Source: Octopus sinensis
Lineage: Eukaryota
Assembly: GCF_006345805.1 (NCBI RefSeq)
Contig: NC_043019.1
Location: 32,815,657 to 32,879,656, forward strand
Reading direction: 5' to 3'
DNA: 64,000 nucleotides
Positions 37,951-51,334 of the stretch are shown one piece after another (position 1 is the first letter of the stretch; the number at the start of each line of letters is the position of its first letter). The notes beneath the pieces were generated by a model. The model was not told the origin of the DNA. It searched no databases and worked only from the letters and a program-made list of their open reading frames with translations. Both the position numbers and the translations under genes were made by a program.

Positions 37951-39143
37951 ATCAAACACGCCACACTTGATCCACATATTTTTCCTGTTTTATGTTCAAA
38001 CTACCCAGATCCAGTCTTGCACACCTTCCTTATACTCTCTTTACTCTTTTACTCGTTTCAGTCATTTGACTGCGGCCATGCTGGAGCACCACCTTTTAGT
38101 ACTTATTCTATCGTCTCTTTTTGCCGAACCGCTAAGTGACGGGGACGTAAACACACCAGCATCGGTTGTCAAGCAATGCTAGGGGGACAAACACAGACAC
38201 ACAAACACACACATACAAACATATATATATATACATATATATGACAGGCTTCTTTCAGTTTCCGTCTACCAAATCCACTCACAAGGCATTGGTCGGCCCG
38301 GGGCTATAGCAGAAGACACTTGCCCAAGATGCCACGCAGTGGGACTGAACCCGCAACCGTGTGGTTGGTTAGCAAGCTACTTACCACACAGCCACTCCTG
38401 CGCCTATACTGTTTTTTTTTTGTTAAATAAACAATCACATCATCGAATTCTCAAAGTTATGAGATAATGCATCATCATCATCATCATCGTTTAATGTCCG
38501 CTTTCCATGCTAGCATGGGTTGGACGGTTTGACTGTGGGCTGGCGAACCAGATGGCTGCACCAGGCTCCAGTCTTGATCTGGCAGAGTTTCTACAGCTGG
38601 ATGCCCTTCCTAACGCCAACCACTTCGAGAGTGTAGTGGGTGATTTAACGTGCCAACAGCACGGGGGCCAGTCAGGTGGTACTGGCAACGACTTTGCTCG
38701 AATTTCTCTTTTTTTTTTACACATGCCAATGGCACAGGCACTAGTAAGGCGATGCTGGTAACGATCCCGCTCGAATGGTGCCTCCTACATGCCACGGGCA
38801 CGGAAGCCAGTTAGCCGCTCTGGTAATTTAAAACAATGTGAATAAACAAACACGTGCCAGTGACACATGAAATGTACCTGAGCTGGTGACACGAAAAGTG
38901 GTTGGTGTTTGGAAGGGCATCCAGTTGTAGAAACCAAACCAAAGGAAACGAATGGAACCTGGTGCAGCTCTCCAGGTTACCAACTCTGGTCAAATTATCT
39001 AACCCATGGAAAGCAGATATTAAATGATAATGATAAACATTTGACAGGGTAATCCGAATGCTAAATGACTAATCTACATTTAGGTCTTTCATTTTGGTTT
39101 TATTAGAAGATATATTAAGACAGATGACTATCACCAAGCAGTT

Positions 39144-40740
39144 TTAACCCTTTTCTTACCATATTTCTGTTGAAAAACAAAAAAACACTGCCTTTACTCT
39201 TTTACTTGTTTCAGTCATTTGACTGCGGCCATGCTGGAGCACCGCCTTTGGTCGAGCAAATCGACCCCGGGACTTATTCATTGTAAGCCCAGTACTTATT
39301 CTATCGGTCTCTTTTGCCGAACCGCTAAGTGACGGGGACGTAAACACACCAGCATCGGTTGTCAAGCAATGCTAGGGGGACAAACACACACATATACATA
39401 TATATACATATATACGACAGGCTTCTTTCAGTTTCCGTCTACCAAATCCACTCACAAGGCATTGGTCGGCCCGGGGCTATAGCAGAAGACACTTGCCCAA
39501 GATGCCATGCAGTGGGACTGAACCCGGAACCATGTGGTTGGTTAGCAAGCTACTTACCACACAGCCACTCCTGCGCCTCTATTTATTTTGAGATGTGTTT
39601 CTTTCAATTACTTTAAATATAACAAAGAATTTAGTAAAATGACTTAGTTATCATTCAGTTAGTGTTAGGAACATAAATTGTAACTAAGGTTTGGTGGAAG
39701 ATTTTAATTCAGAACTTTTGAAAACAAGACATTTGTACCACAGAGCCAGCCGGGTTGGTATCGAAAGAGTTAAATAGTTCCCTAGTAGAGCGTTAGTGAT
39801 TGCCAAGAATGTTTACAAAAAATTTGGCTACTATTTTTAGCAGTCAAGTGACTGTAAAGAAATTTCATTATGAACTAGTGTCCCATTAAACCTATACAAC
39901 ATTGATATTACTTCATCTCTAACCCTTTTGTTACCATATTTCTGTTGAGATGCTCTGTGTTTCTTTCAATTAATTTTCAATATAACAAAGGATTTAGTAA
40001 AATAACTTAATTATCATTTAGCTAGTGTTAGGAACATAAATTGTGACTAAGGTTTGGTGGAAGATTTTAATTCAAAACTTTTGAAAACAAGATATTTGTA
40101 CTCAGAACCAGAGCAAGTTTCAGCTGGGTTGGTATCAAAAGGGTTAAGAATTGTTTCTCTATTATATATTTTAAAGCCTTTTGTTACCATATTTCTGTTG
40201 ATATGCTCTGTGTTTCTTTCAATTAATTTTCAATATGACAAAGAATTTAGTAAAATAACTTAGTTATCATTAATCTAGTGTTAGGAACATAAATTGTGAC
40301 TAAGGTTTGGTGGAAGATTTTAAGTCAAAACTTTTGAAAACAACATAGTTGTACTCAGAACCAGAGCAAGTTTCAGCTGGGTTGGTATCGAACGGGTTAA
40401 GCTGGTGTATGGAGCATAAGTTAACATGAAACTTCAACTGAAGATTTTAATTTAGGTCACTTTAACCCTTTTGATACCATATTTCTGCAGAAATAGGCTG
40501 TCTTTGTATCAGTAAATTTTGAAAATAAGGAAGTATCTATAAATATAATTTTGTCATTATTAAGCTAGCGTTTGGAATGTAAATTAACTTGAAATTTTGT
40601 GGGGAGGTTTTAACTGAATTATCTAGATTTTTTTTGCCTTTTCTTACCATATTTCTTGTTGAAAAAAAAAAAAAAATTATGAAAACCACTGCCTTTGTTT
40701 CAGTTAATATTGAAAATAATTAAGAATTTAGTAAAACAAC
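39144..40740. mobile_element. Cluster of about five copies of the same TTAA MITE family
   Basis: copies at 39144-39773 (SINE inside), 39920-40147, 40171-40400, partials ~40463 and ~40637. Confidence 0.75.
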
Positions 40741-40804
40741 CATTTTGACAACTCGAATGAGTTTTTTTTCATTGATTTTTTTTTTTTCATTTTATTTTTA
40801 TTAG

Positions 40805-40914
40805 ATGAAGAAGAAACAGTGAATAAAGACGAAGAAGAAAAGAAAAGGCTGCAAATCTTTGCAAGTTTCAGAGACGCACCATTTGAGGAAATAATGGCCA
40901 GGTCTGAAGCCAAG
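40805..40914 (+). CDS. EFR3: EFR3 exon (N)EEETVNKDEEEKKRLQIFASFRDAPFEEIMARSEAK
   Basis: ttag|...|gtaagt; similar to EKEKRRLVIEKFQKAPFEEIAAQCESK. Confidence 0.93.
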
Positions 40915-41670
40915 GTAAGTTTACCACCTTTTTCCCTCATCAGTATCTTCCTTCCCTCTCTTGTAGTCATCACCTTTAGCCTTGTTACCATTCTTAATTT
41001 TGTAATTACATTTGTCATTTTTAATATCTTTATCATCATTGTAATGAATTATCATCAATATAGATATTTTCATCATCATCATCATCATCGCTGATATCAT
41101 CATGCCTGGACAAACAACATTAGTGTCAACAATAATATTAAAGTAGCAACGTGAAGTGTGAGGAAGATCTGGCTGCTGTTTCTAGCAGAAAGAATTATTG
41201 GTCAGAGGAAGCTTTACCCCTATTCACACCTGCTCCTAAAGTAGTGAGGTGACTACCCCTCCTCACTCCCTCTTGCTATACTGCTACATAACCCTCACTT
41301 TTCTCATGACCCTTAAGACTCATAAGGCTAAGGCTTAACTTGGTTTCCATGGCATTATACATGATTGGGATTACTACACTCACCCTGGATGGGAAGCCAG
41401 TCTATCACAGGGTTAACTCCCCAATTATTGCTGGAACTCATAGAGCAATGTGAAATTGGTGTGTTTTCTTCAGGGATGCAGTACACTGCCCAGTCCTCTG
41501 CTTATCTACTTTTTATTTACTCTCAATTTCTTTTCAAACTACTCTTACTTCACTCACCCTCACTTTTTCCATATCTGTCTCGACTTTACTCACTCATGTC
41601 TACCTTCACTTAACTCACACACTCTCTCTCTCTTTTTTTTTTTTTTTTTCATTCTTTCCCTCTTTTGCAG

Positions 41671-41817
41671 TCCAACCAGTTCCACAATAAGCTTAATGAA
41701 ATCCTGGATCTTGTGTCTAATCCACCTGAAAGTCCATCATCCACCACCAACCTCAGTTCTCCCGATGCTGCAGTTGCTGTCTTCTCTATGCAGATTCCAG
41801 ACCTCTACGTCTATTGA
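41671..41817 (+). CDS. EFR3: EFR3 last coding exon SNQFHNKLNEILDLVSNPPESPSS...VFSMQIPDLYVY*
   Basis: long pyrimidine tract then cag|; similar to LHDRLAQILELTIRPPPSPS...MKFPDLCVY*; TGA at 41815-41817. Confidence 0.93.
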   Translation, partial: SNQFHNKLNEILDLVSNPPESPSSTTNLSSPDAAVAVFSMQIPDLYVY

Positions 41818-41947
41818 TCTGCTCTGGTGTCTCCTTTTCATTGTTTCCTCCAAACAATGACCCAGTGATTTGGTGGGGAGTGGTGTGGGGGCTAGGAGTT
41901 GGTGAACACGTGTCCCTCTTTGTTTTTATTGATCTCTGTGTGTGTGT

Positions 41948-41979
<32 letters not shown>

Positions 41980-42851
41980 ATGCATGGTAGTGCATGTGTG
42001 AGAAGCCACCTGTGAATATCTATATATGTGAATCTATTAAGTTTATGCATGCCTATCAATGAGTATTCAAGCTGTGTGAATCTGTATACGTATGCTCATG
42101 GTTGAAGTGTATGTGTGTATGTGCGTGTGTGTGCGTGTGTTTTTTTTCTTCATGGTATTATCTTTACATTTACCAAAGATAAATAGAGATAGTCCTCCCC
42201 TTCCTGTCTCTCTTTCTCTCATTACCTATCATCAAACATCCTTAGGGATCACATATCGGAAGGGAGCTTAGGGAAATGGGGGCAGAATGTACATATGTAT
42301 ATGTATACCACACATCATACATTTACATAAAAGCAGCCGTCATACACAAGATTATTATTAGAGCCATACCACACTCTGCACATGCTTCAGAGCAACCAAA
42401 CATTATACAGTACAACTATGTGTGTATAACGCACTACATCCTACACTTAGGAACCATCTAAGTAGTGTTATTAGGCCCCTGATAAATTAATGTACAGGGT
42501 CCAATTCAATATATTTAACTGCAACTACAGCATACAGAGCTCAGAACTGGTCCCTTATACCTGTGAGTTCTCTGGGCCTTAAGACTGCATTGGATATAAT
42601 ATAAACTGTATATTACATAAACAGATCACAATGCACAGTATCAACCACATACATTGCTCACACACAGAGAGCCGTGGATACAGCATATCTGAAGAAAGTT
42701 GAGATGGTCATGGCGTGAACTCTTTTTTTTTTGCTGAGATTGTCAGGCAAGAATGTGGTATTTAGTTTCTGAGTTCAAATTCTGTCTTGGTCAATTTGAC
42801 TGCATCCCCCAGCCTTTCAAAATTGCTGCCCTTATTCCGAAATCAAAAACA

Positions 42852-42889
<38 letters not shown>

Positions 42890-43157
42890 GGTGACGAGCT
42901 GGCAGAATCATTAGCGTGCTGGGCAAAATGCTTAGTGGCATTTTGTCTGCTGTTACGTTCTGAGTTCAAAATCCGCCGAGCTCAACTTTGCCTTTCATCC
43001 TTTTGGGGTCAATAAATTAAGTACCAGTGAAACACTGGGGTTGATGTAACAGACTAGCCCCTTCCTGCCAAATTCCAGGTCTTTGTGCTCTTAATAGAAA
43101 GGATTATTTATTTATTTTATTTTATTTTATTTTATCTATCTATTTAAACAATCTTAG

Positions 43158-43385
43158 TCGAGCTGGCAGAAGCGTTAGCACGTCGGGCGAAATGTGTAGC
43201 CGTATTTCGTCTGCCGTTACGTTCTGGGTTCAAATTCTGCTGAGGTCGACTTTGCCTTTCATCCTTTCGAGGTCGATAAATTAAGTACCAGTTACGCACT
43301 GGGGTCGATGTAATCGACTTAATCCGTTTGTCTGTCCTTGTTTGTCCCCTCTGTGTTTAGCCCCTTGTGGGTAGTAAAGAAATAT
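43158..43385 (+). mobile_element. SINE-like family B; copies at ~3876-4100, 37012-37190, 61778-62000 and many partials
   Basis: gagctggcagaa.cgttagc...ttcaaattccgccgaggtcgactttgcctttcatcctttcggggtcgataaattaagtaccag shared by the copies. Confidence 0.82.
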
Positions 43386-44531
43386 ATTTAAACAGTCTTA
43401 ATGGATGAATGGTAAAGTCAACCTCAGATGAATATGTACATAAAGCCAGATAAGTGTCACTAAGCCAGTTCCCTGCCTTTTTGTTATTAATTATAATAAT
43501 CACTAGTTGGCCTTGTGCCTCTGTATTCAAAAGAATTCTTAAATCTAGACAGACTAACTGATAAGAGAAAACAAAAAGGTAAGACGAAAATGTACCAGCA
43601 ATAATAGGGAAATGTAAGGCAGCAAGCTGGCAGAATCATTAGCACACCAGGTAAAATGCTTACTGGTATTTCACCTGTCTTTATGCTGTGAGTTCAAATT
43701 CCACCAAAGTCAACTTTTTCTGTTATCCTTTTGGGGTCAATGAAATAAGTACCAGTTCAGCACTGGGGGTTGGTGTAATCGATTTGTCCCCTCCTCTAAA
43801 ATTGCCGGCCTTGTGCCAAAATTTGAAATCAACGGTAGACAAGTATGTTGGTCTTGTTTATTATGTATGAAAGCGAAACTGCTGCTGCTGCTGATATTGT
43901 TGTTCTTGTTGTAGTTGTGTTCTCCTCTTCCACTACCATCACCACCAGTCACCAAGTTTCGTTTATTAACTCTCAATTAACAACAAACCAACCCCAATTG
44001 TTTTTTTTTTTGGTTTTTTTTTTTTGTTTCCTTCTTTATGTTGACAGCAGAGGTGAAGTGGAGTGGAGTTGAGATGGATTGACTGAGGTCGTAGCTTTGA
44101 TTCACATCATTGGACGTTTCCACGGAGACGGAAATAATGATGAGACAAATGAGGAGTGAGGTGCTTTGCAGCATGCAAGTGTAGGATGCAAGAACGCGTG
44201 CATCTGCTACCTGTGGTTCTCTAATTCTTTTATGATTTACCTTTCAACACCCACCTTAAAAGAAGAAAACCCAACAGAGAAGAGAATTATTAGGTGCCAT
44301 CATCGTGTCCCCTTTTCTTCTACTATAATCACCTCTTTCTTATCGAAATTCTGATGTACCCCCTCCCTCTGTTTGTAAAAAAAAAAATGAAAAAACAAAT
44401 GAAAAGTAAAAATAGAAAAAAAAAGAGTAAAAAATCAAAACCAAATCTGATCCACCCCATTCCCACCTAAAAACAAAATAACACAGAAAACAATGTTATG
44501 TAAAGTGAACAGTAGTTTTGTTTTGTTATCT

Positions 44532-44537
44532 AATAAA
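44532..44537 (+). promoter_or_regulatory. Candidate polyadenylation signal for EFR3
   Basis: AATAAA with upstream TGTA and downstream GT/T-rich tract. Confidence 0.4.
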
Positions 44538-45247
44538 GAATGTTTAATGTTTTTGTCTGGTTCTGTGTTGTACTTTTAACATTTTACGCTGCCACAACTG
44601 AATGCCTGTGAGACTTGGATAGATTATGAATGCCATGCAAGAAGCCTAAACCGAAATGCCTGAGAAAGCTGTTGAAAATCACATAACAAGACAAATTCCC
44701 AGCTAGCCAGGTCCTCTCTTGAGCTGATCTGCCACGCATTTATACTAGGCCTCGAAACCAGTTTTATAAAACCAGTTAAAACCGGTTTTACATTACGATC
44801 AGTAAAACCGAAACCGATTTGCCAAAACCGATTTTAATGCTTTCTGTTTCTAGTTGTTTTTTTTTTTCGTTTTCTCACAAAACATTTCTCCATTCTTTTT
44901 CTTTTGAAGAAATATCGTTGAAACCGAACTAACGGAACTGTTGTCGGTCGCCTTTAGTTGAGAATGCTGTCTGTTTCATTGAAACATATTGCATCAAATC
45001 AATTCTCCACTCAGCACCTTGTCATTTCCTTCGCTAACCCCTGGCTGACTCTTTGAATTTGGAGGTAACAGAGTTTATTCATAGCAAGTCAAGGGGATGC
45101 TGTTAATCTTCAGTCAGGTGATCTTTCCCATTGAGCATATGTAATAACCAGTTCCAGATTCATTTCAAGGAAGTAACACTAAATTATTTCTTAATTATTT
45201 TCATTAGCCCTAGCATGATAAAAAGAAAATCAGCTGTTTGGAATTAT

Positions 45248-45301
<54 letters not shown>

Positions 45302-45383
45302 AAGGGTGGAAAGGAACACACGAGTTGATATATATGTAAAAATAAGTCAAAATAGAAAATGCTAAAATAATTTTATAGTGAAC

Positions 45384-45429
45384 ATTTCAGTACCGGTTTC
45401 GGTCATTTTGAGACCTTTTCAACTGTAAC
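45384..45429 (-). ncRNA. Identical U3:A8 hammerhead in the inverted 5' pLTR
   Basis: exact reverse complement of the 48368-48413 motif. Confidence 0.75.
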
Positions 45430-48367
45430 GATTAAATAATTAAATTTAGAAAAATTAGAAGAAAAGTTTTTTTAAAGGAATATTTCTATAGTAGTGTTCA
45501 GATATAAGTAGCATTCTGCTTTTCTCTGACTCCCTTGTTTGCACTTGTGTGTTGTAGGTCGTTGTGAATTCTTGGTAGGGTAGAAGAAGAAGAAGAAGAA
45601 GAAGGCTGATGTGGAGAGGGGGTGGGAAAATCTGGGAGTGCCCTGATGGTCATATTTTGAATGGTCAGTGGCGGCTGGCAGTTGCAGTTCAATTCAGGAG
45701 AATATTTCTATTGACAGGCTTGTTTATGGAATTTGCGTAGGTGTTAAAAACAAGATAAAACAATAACAATCAAAGAGGCCGATAAAGGGAGTGCTGTTGT
45801 CTTAATAGATACGACATTTTACATAACTTTGGTACTTTCTATGCTGGAAGACACACATACTATGAAAAGGCACAAAACTACAGTCAACAAAAAATAATGA
45901 GGGAACTAAAATCCATGTTAAACCCATACAAAGCAGGGCTCACCAACAAAGAATATGATTATATGACCAATTTCACAAGTAAAACCAGCCAATTCTACGG
46001 TATACCTAAGATCCACAAAAGTGAGAAAATAAGCAACGCATGCAAGATAGCTACAGACAAAATAATTAAAGTCCCTAATCCTAATGACTTCAAATTGAGA
46101 CCCATAATAGCAGGTCCCGCATGCGAAACCCACCGCCTCAGTAACTTTTTAGACACCCTGTTAAAACCACTCCTCAAACATGTCAAAAGCTATATAAGGG
46201 ACGACTTAGATATGCTCAATCACCTACCGAATACTATAAACAAAAACACCATACTGGTATCCTTCGATGTAGTCAACCTCTACTCCAATATCCCCCAAAA
46301 CCTAGGACTAGAGGCAATCCAATTCTGGCTAGAGAATCACGCCAACGAACTACCACATCGCATCAAAAAAGAATTCGTGATAGAAGGGGTTAAATTCATC
46401 CTGGAAAATAACTTCTTCGCCTTCAATGACAACTTCTACCGACAAAAATCGGGGACTGCGATGGGTACACGAATGGCCTCCTCCTTTGCCAACCTAGTCA
46501 TAGGATATCTAGAGATCAGTCTGTATCGTAAGGTTCTAGAAAGATATGGCAGCCCTTTCTCCATCTACATAGAAAACAACTGGAAGAGATATCTAGATGA
46601 CTGTTTCATTCTTTGGCATAAAAATATAGAAAAACTCATAGAATTCCAGGAAATGTTAAACGGACTGGACGTAAACATCCAATTCACGATGGAATATAGC
46701 CAGCAACAACTCCCCTTCCTCGATATCCTCATTAAGAAAGCCAATAATATAATAGAAACAGACATATATTATAAGCCTACAGACTCTAAGCAATACCTTC
46801 CATTCAATTCATGCCACCCTAGACACACCAGGATGAATATCCCCTTCAATCTAGCAAAAAGTATATGCACTATAGTCTCTAACGCAAACACCAGAGACAC
46901 ACGACTACAAGAACTAAAAGATACCCTTGTCACCAGGAACTATCCACCTTCACTTATTGACAAGTGCATTCAACGTGCCCTTCAACTTAACATCAAGGAA
47001 CTGAGACATCCCAAATCAAAGAAAAACTTACAACCAAAAGCCTTACCATACATCTCCACACACAACCCTCTCAATAACGAAGCCTTCGGCACCATCCTCC
47101 ACAACATACCCCTCCTAAAAAAGGCCACAGAATGAACACAATCCTCCAAACACACACGATCATAAAAAGCAAGAGACAGCCTAAATCCATGAAAAGTCTT
47201 CTAACACAAGCCCGAATTCACTCTTCAACACAAGCCGACAGTAAAAAAATGTGGAAGACCCAATTGCGGGATATGCGACTATCTAATTGAGGGATCAGAG
47301 TTCTCCTTCAAACAGGGACAACGGTTTACAGTGAAAAGCAACTTCACATGTGCTTCGGAGAACCTAATATACTCACTAACCTGCTCCGGGTGTCAAGAGC
47401 AGTACATAGGCCAAACGAAAAATAGTTTGCGTAAACGAATGGCCCTGCACAGATCCCAGATAAAAATTCCCCAAAACAGAAAAATAGCTTTTAGCCAACA
47501 CATAGATACTTGCGCCAACAAAAAAACACCAAGCTTCAGGATTTTCCCCCTCTACCAATTTAGGGACGATACAACCTCGAGACAACGAATAAGTAAAGAA
47601 ACTCTCTTTATTACAAAATACAGGCCACTTCTTAACGGGTCTACGACAAACAATTAATATACCTCAACTTTAGAATAAGAGAAATATACATACACAAATA
47701 TTACATTCCAAAGAATCCATTACTAACTTTCACCCATTCATATTCTCCCTTCTCTGTTTTTCTCTTCTTCTTCCTCTTCTTCTTCATCATCATCATTATC
47801 ATCATCATCGTCGTCATCATCATCACCACCATCATCATCATCTTCTCCATCTTCTTCTTCTTCTTCTTCTTCTTCTTCTTCTTCTTCTTCTTCATCATCA
47901 ACATCGTCATCTTCTCCTTCTTCTTCTTCTTCTTCTTCTTCTTCTACTACTACTTCTCCACCTTCTACCTCTTAACTTTGTCACTAATGCTTTTTCAGTA
48001 TAACACCTACGCAAATTCCATAAACATGCCTGTCAATAGAAATATTCTCCTGAATTGAACTGCGACTGCCAGCCGCCACTGGCCATTCAAAATACGACCT
48101 ATTTCTTTATTATTATACCTATTTCTTTATCAGGCCACTCCCAGATTTTCCCACCCCCTCTCCACATCAACCTTCTTCTTCTTCTTCTTCTTCTTCTTCT
48201 TCTTCTTCTTCTTCTACCCTACCAAGAATTCACAACGACCTACAACACACAAGTGCAAACAAGGGAGTCAGAGAAAAGCAGAATGCTACTTATATCTGAA
48301 CACTACTATAGAAATATTCCTTTAAAAAAACTTTTCTTCTAATTTTTCTAAATTTAATTATTTAATC

Positions 48368-48413
48368 GTTACAGTTGAAAAGGTCTCAAAATGACCGAAA
48401 CCGGTACTGAAAT
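48368..48413 (+). ncRNA. Minimal type-I hammerhead ribozyme, U3:A8 variant, in the 3' pLTR
   Basis: gttaCAG-TTGAAAA-GGTC tcaaaat GACC-GAAA-CCGG-TA/CTGaaat: stem I, core, stem II, palindromic stem III, GUA site. Confidence 0.75.
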
Positions 48414-48458
48414 GTTCACTATAAAATTATTTTAGCATTTTCTATTTTGACTTATTTT

Positions 48459-48518
<60 letters not shown>

Positions 48519-50174
48519 ATATAACGTAAGGTGTACTAGCCATCTGAATGTGGCTAGCTACTGGGGGTGGGGTGTTACTGATGCTTTTAGCCCCAGGCGA
48601 TCAACGTCACCAGATGGACTTTAGACACAATCTCAGTGCCCTTGTGTTATTTGCAAAGGGAGGTCATCCTCCCTCGAAAACCTAAGTGCTACATACGGAC
48701 TATAGTTTCAAGGTAATTGCCTCTCGTCAACGCATGGTAAACACCGGTTTTCGATGAAGGACCCCGCAACTCGACCCCGGAACTTATTCTTTTGTAAGCC
48801 CAGTACTTATTCTATCAGTCTCTTTTGCCGAAGCGCTAAGTGACGGGGACATAAACACACCAGCATCGGTTGTCAAGCAATGCTAGGGGGACAAACACAG
48901 ACACACACACGCATATACGATGGGCTTCTTTCAGTTTCCGTCTACCAATCCACTCACAAGGCTTTGGTCGGCCCGAGGCTATAGTAGAAGACACTTGCCC
49001 AAGGTGCCACGCAGTGGGACTGAAACCGGAACCATGTGGTTAGTAAGCAAGCTACTTACCACACAGCCACTCCTGCGCCAATACTGTTGATTTGGGTATC
49101 TGATCCCTCAACTCGGTCAACATTTGGCAGACTCTTCTCCTCCCATTCATTCTCCACGTACAGCAGTCTTTCATAATGGCATCTCCAAGCCTCATTCTTT
49201 GTAGAATCATTAAGCGCAAGTGCGCTATCATCCATGCGGACACATTTCTCTCATATGACTTCACAATTTTCTCCCACACACTGTCTTCAGTTTGTTGGCC
49301 CTCACGGCGCTGAACATAGGCAAACTTCTCGTTTTCTGCTTCTCCCAATGATTTTGTTTATTGTGCTTGACCCTTTGGACTCTGACTTCATCCACTTCTG
49401 TCTCTCTTACTGGATGTGTCAACATCAATATATAGGAATAAATACATAATGAAAAAGAAACAGGCATCGGAGGGGTGATGCATACGTTGCCTGCAGATAA
49501 ATCTTTTTGCAAATTATATTGTGGCTTACAATGCATTGCTTACCTATGCTTTTTAATTGAACTGAATTTTTTTTTAATATTAATATTAATTTCAATTTTT
49601 AATATAAATATTATAAATATTTACACTCTGGTGAAATTAAGAAATCAACTTTTAAATGAACGAAATTCTCAAATCCATCAGTGTACACATGCACATACAT
49701 GCACACACACACACACACACACACATGCACAGCCTCATTTCTATGTATATATTTATGCATGTATGCACATGTATCTATGTGCATAGGTACACCATGACCT
49801 TTACACATGCAGACGAGGGTCGATTCATATGAAAAAGAAAGTGAATAAAATAATGCAACCACTTATTGGGAAATCTGTAAGTTTAATTTTTAAAAATTAA
49901 AAAAAATTTTGAATCAAACCAAATGTTCATCATTTTGAGCCACTCACCCAATGAGTATTTCTGCTAAATGTGGTGAAAATCCATTCAGCCGATTTCCAGT
50001 AATTTGGCAAACACACAGACAAAGGAAGACGAGTGATTACAATACACTGCTTTCGCTTACATATGCAAGGTAATTAACATAATTAATTCTTTTAGAGTGG
50101 CACCTTTCTTCTTAGCTACACACCATAGCTCATATATCATTTAAGAACTTTGAGTTATAACTATGCTTTTATGG

Positions 50175-50333
50175 TTAATTGTCTATTGTAAACTGTGTAA
50201 ATATCAATGGTGTGTAACCATAGACTTTTGTGAAAAAATTCAAACAATATTTTCTTTTGAACTTATGGCCTTCGCTTGTGGAAATGCTTTTCCTCCCACA
50301 ATATTTGCAAGGAAAACCTCGTTTCTTTGTCAC
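50175..50333 (-). CDS. EXTL3-like GT64 last exon VTKKRGFPCKYCGRKSISTSEGHKFKRKYCLNFFTKVYGYTPLIFTQFTIDN*
   Basis: tttcag| acceptor, phase 0; similar to VTSRWTFRCPGC...[29 protein letters not shown]. Confidence 0.92.
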   Translation of the reverse strand: MTKKRGFPCKYCGRKSISTSEGHKFKRKYCLNFFTKVYGYTPLIFTQFTIDN

Positions 50334-50427
50334 CTGAAATGTATAAAAAACAAGAATGTTATTTTCTTAGACAATGGTACATGACACAAACAGTAGAGAC
50401 TGAGACAAGATATAACTATATAGTTAT

Positions 50428-50975
50428 GTATTAGGTTGTCAAGAAAATTTTTGCAGTTTTTAATCTTTAAATTCAGATGCACATATCTTGGCTCAAACAA
50501 AACTTTAGCAATCGAAATAAACACCATCAGAATCAACAGACTTTTGCCAACGCAAAACAAGTTTATTTATGCCAGTAGCATAAAAATCCTGCATTCTGGT
50601 ATCAATGAAGTCGTTGAAGGTGTGTTTGGCATTGTCTTGGTTTTTGGAGCATTGATGTGATGCTTGAAAATGTGGTAGTCAGTAGGTGAGAGTCTGGTGA
50701 GTATGACGGATGTGGCAGAGTTTCGTAGCCCAATTCGTTCAACAGCTGCAGGGTCAGTTGTGTGACGTGTGACCGAGCGTTGTCATGGAGAAGAATTGGC
50801 CTTTTTCTATTGACCAATGCCGGCTGTTGTTGTCGGAGTTTCTTATGCATTTCATCCATTTGCTGACAGTACTTCTACACCGTAATGGTTTCACCTGGAT
50901 CTAAAAGGCTGTGATGGATGAAACCGGTCGCAGACCGCCAAATAACAACCATGACCTTCTTTTGGTGCAATATAT
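50428..50975 (-). mobile_element. Mariner transposon remnant
   Basis: ILLHDNARSH, TLPHPSYSPD; TA-TTAGGTTG... terminal repeat at ~50429. Confidence 0.85.
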
Positions 50976-51228
50976 ATGAAAATATATATATATATATACA
51001 TATACTCTTTACTCTCTTTACTCTTTTACTTGTTTCAGTCATTTGACTGCAGCCATGCTGGAGCACCGCATTTAGTTGGGCAAATCGACCCCGGGACTTA
51101 TTCTTTGTAAGCCCAGTACTTATTCTATCGGTCTCTTTTGCCGAACTGCTAAGTGACGGGGACATAAACACACCAGCATCGGTTGTCAAGCAATGCTAGG
51201 GGGACAAACACAGACACACACATACACG

Positions 51229-51334
<106 letters not shown>

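Larger units (their letters stand above)
45329..48470 (+). mobile_element. Penelope-like retroelement, 5'-truncated, frameshifted, with inverted pLTRs
   Basis: RT motifs IKEADKGSAVV, SFDVVNLYSNIP, GTAMGT, RYLDDCF; Cys linker CGRPNCGIC; GIY-YIG LIYSLTC...QYIGQT; about 3 frameshifts (~45852, ~47130, ~47235); 45329-45746 is the reverse complement of 48001-48470; TA repeats at both ends. Confidence 0.93.

Noticed and set aside
44745-45050. Cluster of AAACCG motifs resembling hAT subterminal repeats
   Set aside because: No matching second end or TSD found
49080-49350. 98-aa minus-strand ORF (EDSVWEKIVKSYER...)
   Set aside because: No recognisable motif or splice partners; probably a decayed TE fragment
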